This document shows, piece by piece, positions 60,859-64,000 of a DNA stretch of 64,000 nt (the first letter of the stretch is position 1; each line of letters begins with the position of its first letter). The stretch comes from a candidate division WWE3 bacterium RIFOXYC1_FULL_40_10 (GTDB lineage: Bacteria; Patescibacteriota; WWE3; UBA101185; UBA10185): contig MEWB01000001.1 of the NCBI GenBank assembly GCA_001773215.1, positions 550,099-614,098 of the forward strand. Direction: 5' to 3'. Position numbers and translations under genes: made by a program. A model generated the notes under the pieces. It was not told the DNA's origin and searched no databases. It was given only the letters and a program-made list of their open reading frames with translations.

Positions 60859-61404
60859 TTACAACACAAACCCAAACTTAGTCAAGGGCCAAAACCTAAA
60901 TACTACCCTGCCGAGAATGAGTTTTTCGTCAACTAGTCCAAATACCCTGGAATCAACTGAGTTTCCCCTGTTATCCCCCATTACCAAGTAATAACCTTCG
61001 GGGATTCGCATCGCACGGCCTTCCCTAACCCCCATATTGCCATAAGTACAGCTACTTTCGGCCAAATAGTTTTCTTGCAAAATAAATCGCAGGTTATCTT
61101 TGGCAACATACAAATTGCAGTTATATATTTTAAAAATATCTCCGGGCATCCCAACGATTCTTTTAATGAAGTGTTTCCTTTCCATTCCCGGTGGATATAA
61201 AACCACAATATTACCCCTATCAAATTTTCTGAATATTTTATCCACAAGAATTCTTTGATTCGTATAAAAAGTAGGTTCCATACTTGGTCCTGAGATAGAT
61301 TCCACAGAACCGACAAAGGAATAAATGGTTAAAATTACGACCCCCGAAACTATAACAGTTTCAACAAAGTCTATTAGTGCAGTTTTGATCTTCATATATG
61401 CCAT
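60859..61404 (-). CDS. lepB: Signal peptidase I
   Basis: Catalytic Ser box GPSMEPT, the KRIVGMPGD box and GDNRGNSVDSRVFG. Confidence 0.8.
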   Translation of the reverse strand: MAYMKIKTALIDFVETVIVSGVVILTIYSFVGSVESISGPSMEPTFYTNQRILVDKIFRKFDRGNIVVLYPPGMERKHFIKRIVGMPGDIFKIYNCNLYVAKDNLRFILQENYLAESSCTYGNMGVREGRAMRIPEGYYLVMGDNRGNSVDSRVFGLVDEKLILGRVVFRFWPLTKFGFVL

Positions 61405-61413
61405 AATAAATTT

Positions 61414-62826
61414 ATGCTAAAAACCCTAAAAAGCAACCTTCCATTTTTGGTATTGGCAGTATTCATTTCGTTTACGGCATATTTTAACAGTTTATCAGGC
61501 GAATTTGTTAGCGCGGATGACGAACCGGGAATAGTAAATAACTCTTCGTTAACAAGTGATAGCATACTTCTACACAAAAACATTCAACAAACCATAAACA
61601 GTGTTATTGTAAAAACCTTCGGAATAAAACCTGCTCCTTTCCATGTGCTGTCCCTAACTCTTCATTTAATTAATATTATTTTGGTGTTTGCTTTAACAAA
61701 AGAGCTTATTTCAACACGTATTTCCGCCATTACAACGTTACTCTTTGCCTTACATCCCATAAATACCGAAGCAGTTACATGGATTTCTGCATCCGGATAC
61801 TTATTAAGGAATATATTTCTGTTTTCAACGGCTTACCTATTTACTAGGTATATTAAAGAAAAAAACATCAAGTTCTACATTGGTAGTGTTTCTGTCTACC
61901 TGCTCGGACTATTTACAACGAAAGATCCCTGGATTCTTACTACTCTACCTATTTTAGGTATAATCGACTACTTTTTTCTATCTGCCAAGCACCCCAGGAT
62001 GCAAATAAATGCTGTCTACAAGTATTTGCCCTTTATAACCTCAACTTTTATTTTCATCCTTATAATTATATTTCCTCAATATAGAAACAGAGTTGAAGTG
62101 TTGTCAATCGATACTCAAAGCGTAACTCCTGTAATAAATAGGGCGCCTTATATTCTGTTTAAAACAGCGGAATTGCTAATAATGCCCATTAACCTAACTA
62201 TTTACCATGATAATAGTCAGATTTCTTATGGTGACTACCAATGGATGGTGGCCATTTCACTAATTTGGTTGCTAATAGTTCTAAGATATTGGCAAAAGAA
62301 TAGAACCGTAACAGGGCTGTTATTCGGAATCCCCTTGACTTTGTTGCCATCCTTTAGCCCTGTAATAATTGCTTGGTTTATAGCCGAAAGGTATCTATAC
62401 ACTGCTACATGGCTATTTTCTATAGGTGTGGCAATGCTACTACTAAAACTTAATAAATCTGTGTTTGCGGCAGTGCTTACTATTATATTGATTTTGTATT
62501 GGGTGCGGGTTGTTGATAGAAATCGAGATTTCGCTGATAATATAGCCCTGTGGGAAGCAACCCAAAAAACCAATCCCGTAAGCTACCGTGTATATAACAA
62601 TTTAGGAGACGCTTATCTTAGGGCTGGCGATACGCAAAAAGCAGTGGCGAGTTTTCAACACGCTATCGAGATTAACCCACAATACTCTGATGCCATTTAC
62701 AATTTAGGAAGATTATATGTAGACTTGGGACAAACTGAAGAAGCCCGGTTACTGCTAAATAGATCATTAGAAATTAACCCCAATTTAGTGCCGGCTACGG
62801 AACTACTGGAAAAAATAGGACGGTAA
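61414..62826 (+). CDS. GT-C fold membrane glycosyltransferase (PMT_2-like) with C-terminal TPR repeats (TMTC-like architecture)
   Basis: DE motif right after TM1 (FVSADDEPGIV) and about 11 TM helices. The C-terminal roughly 110 aa holds 3 TPR-like repeats (YNNLGDAYLRAGDTQKAVASFQHAIEINPQYSDAIYNLGRLY...). Confidence 0.6.
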   Translation: MLKTLKSNLPFLVLAVFISFTAYFNSLSGEFVSADDEPGIVNNSSLTSDSILLHKNIQQTINSVIVKTFGIKPAPFHVLSLTLHLINIILVFALTKELISTRISAITTLLFALHPINTEAVTWISASGYLLRNIFLFSTAYLFTRYIKEKNIKFYIGSVSVYLLGLFTTKDPWILTTLPILGIIDYFFLSAKHPRMQINAVYKYLPFITSTFIFILIIIFPQYRNRVEVLSIDTQSVTPVINRAPYILFKTAELLIMPINLTIYHDNSQISYGDYQWMVAISLIWLLIVLRYWQKNRTVTGLLFGIPLTLLPSFSPVIIAWFIAERYLYTATWLFSIGVAMLLLKLNKSVFAAVLTIILILYWVRVVDRNRDFADNIALWEATQKTNPVSYRVYNNLGDAYLRAGDTQKAVASFQHAIEINPQYSDAIYNLGRLYVDLGQTEEARLLLNRSLEINPNLVPATELLEKIGR

Positions 62827-62845
62827 TTTTTTAGTTTTACCGTCC
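62818..62845. terminator. 9-bp inverted repeat (GGACGGTAA...TTACCGTCC) between convergent genes. Possible bidirectional terminator; the T-run is inside the loop.
   Basis: Seen directly in the sequence. It overlaps the stop of the plus-strand gene. Confidence 0.3.
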
Positions 62846-62853
62846 GACTTGAT

Positions 62854-63597
62854 TTATGCAAGGCATTTCAGAAACTCACCGATTTCCCCAATTACCAGTG
62901 TTCCCTCCGGAACGGTCCCGCTTAGATAAACTGACCAAGCTTCCTTATTCTTTATCCAAAACAACAGCTTGATTCCTGCTTTTCTGGCAGATTCGATATC
63001 TCCTTTGAGGTTGTCACCTATCGCCGCCACTTCCTCTACACTTACTCTAGCTGCCTTTGCGCCACTAACCCAAGCTTCCAATGTTTTAAATTCAGCGGGA
63101 CTTATACAAACAACGTGATCGAAAAATACACCTAACCCTGTCACCTCAAGCTTAAAAGCTGTCCATTCTATTGAAGCGTGTGTCACCAACACACAGGTAA
63201 TTCCGGCTTGTTGGAGCAAAGTTAATACTTCCACCGCACCTTCAAAAACTTCCGGAATATCCGTATATACCAAAAACACGATTCTCAATGCTTCTTTCCA
63301 AATTTCCGAAGAAACCCCCGGAAACTCAGCCTGAAGCTGTTTGTAGGTTGCAACCCACCTTTTTGGATCAACCGAATATTGGAAAAACAGTTCAGTGTTT
63401 ATTTCTCCTTGCCTTTTCTTCAGTTGTTCCTTATCCAGCTTTGGATACCAGGAACAGATAAAGTCTATCGACTCATCCATTCTTTTGTAAAAAAGCTCGC
63501 GCACTTTAATCAAAGTGTCGTCGAGATCAAAAAGAATGGCCTTGATACCGTACTTTTTTGCCCAAGCTCGCACGATCCTCACCCAAGGTGTACCCAT
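62854..63597 (-). CDS. HAD-superfamily hydrolase
   Basis: Motif I ILFDLDDTL and motif IV IGDNLKGDIESARKAG. Confidence 0.65.
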   Translation of the reverse strand: MGTPWVRIVRAWAKKYGIKAILFDLDDTLIKVRELFYKRMDESIDFICSWYPKLDKEQLKKRQGEINTELFFQYSVDPKRWVATYKQLQAEFPGVSSEIWKEALRIVFLVYTDIPEVFEGAVEVLTLLQQAGITCVLVTHASIEWTAFKLEVTGLGVFFDHVVCISPAEFKTLEAWVSGAKAARVSVEEVAAIGDNLKGDIESARKAGIKLLFWIKNKEAWSVYLSGTVPEGTLVIGEIGEFLKCLA

Positions 63598-63598
63598 A

Positions 63599-63859
63599 TC
63601 ATTCTCTATCTAGCCGAACAATTGCTGCAGCCCCACAGTTCACGCACAAAGCCGGATCTGGGGGTACAACATACTTCACACCACAGTAAGCGCAAATATA
63701 AACATAGCTTCCGCTCTCCTTAAATAGTGCAAAAGATGTTCCACTCTCAGGCTGAAAATGGGTCGCCCCAAGCTCGACCATCTTGGCATAGAGACCCTGC
63801 GCCTCTGCCATATTTAGAGTTGAGGTATTTTTGACTGTAAAAGTACCAACCTTCTTCAT
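63599..63859 (-). CDS. Small hypothetical protein with a C-terminal zinc ribbon (CAYCG ... CVNCG)
   Basis: SD AAGGAGG upstream of the ATG at 63859; 86 aa; two CxxC pairs. Confidence 0.45.
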   Translation of the reverse strand: MKKVGTFTVKNTSTLNMAEAQGLYAKMVELGATHFQPESGTSFALFKESGSYVYICAYCGVKYVVPPDPALCVNCGAAAIVRLDRE

Positions 63860-64000
63860 ACTTCCTCCTTGTGAGTTTTGAATCTCGAATATGTCGCTGG
63901 ATTATAGCACTATTTACCGTGACAATTTTTGTACTTTTTTCCACTACCACATGGGCACGGGTTGTTGCGACCAACTTTAGGAGTTCCTGATGCGACTTTT

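Noticed and set aside
63747-63974. 75-aa minus-strand ORF overlapping the N-terminus of the Zn-ribbon gene in another frame
   Set aside because: It has no SD and overlaps a gene with good start context. It is probably spurious, although the last 140 nt of the window are otherwise unassigned.
1-64000. Searched for rRNA, tRNA, CRISPR arrays, IS or transposase or integrase genes, and flanking direct repeats at the cassette borders
   Set aside because: Intergenic regions are few and short and none resembles a tRNA cloverleaf or T-loop. I saw no repeat-spacer periodicity and no transposase or integrase-like ORF. By eye I found no direct repeats flanking 14909-16210; detecting short target-site duplications would need computation.

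Overview
This 64-kb window is low-GC (roughly 33-40% in the stretches I sampled by eye) and uses standard code 11; TGA stop codons sit inside the ATGA start/stop overlaps. Almost every gene is on the minus strand. Several features fit a reduced, CPR/Patescibacteria-like bacterium: the Zn-ribbon (type Z) S14, no L30 gene between rpsE and rplO, an unusually short L3, and many membrane-embedded GT-C paralogs. This is inference only. The window has three parts. Part 1, about 39.4-60.7 kb, is a complete, syntenic ribosomal/transcription superoperon. Its order is rpoB-rpoC-rpsL-rpsG-fusA-tuf-rpsJ-rplC-rplD-rplW-rplB-rpsS-rplV-rpsC-rplP-rpmC-rpsQ-rplN-rplX-rplE-rpsZ-rpsH-rplF-rplR-rpsE-rplO-secY-ybaB-adk. 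It is preceded by lepB, and an attenuator-like GC-rich hairpin lies between rpsJ and rplC. Part 2, about 0.1-38.8 kb, is a roughly 39-kb co-directional, translationally coupled glycosylation supercluster. Genes overlap by 4-38 nt. It contains at least 6 GT-C type membrane glycosyltransferases, 7 GT2, 4 GT4, 2 Wzx-like flippases, a nucleotide-sugar dehydrogenase, a GDP-mannose 4,6-dehydratase fused to a TylC3/TcaB9-like sugar C-methyltransferase plus an Rmd-like reductase, a GT2-methyltransferase fusion, an MTAP/PNP-APRT fusion, and two paralogous ferredoxin + B12-binding radical-SAM modules. Part 3 is the only plus-strand element inside the supercluster: a 1.2-kb cassette at 15.0-16.2 kb. It carries three divergent but clearly paralogous small proteins of unknown function (about 105-120 aa), each with a strong Shine-Dalgarno, and ends in a bidirectional terminator. 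It sits exactly where the second ferredoxin/radical-SAM pair would be expected to abut. The window end, 61.4-64.0 kb, holds a plus-strand GT-C + TPR (TMTC-like) glycosyltransferase, a HAD hydrolase and a Zn-ribbon small protein. I found no rRNA, tRNA, CRISPR or transposase. Several ORF-track starts are TTG/GTG called as M; I moved some starts to internal ATGs with better context.
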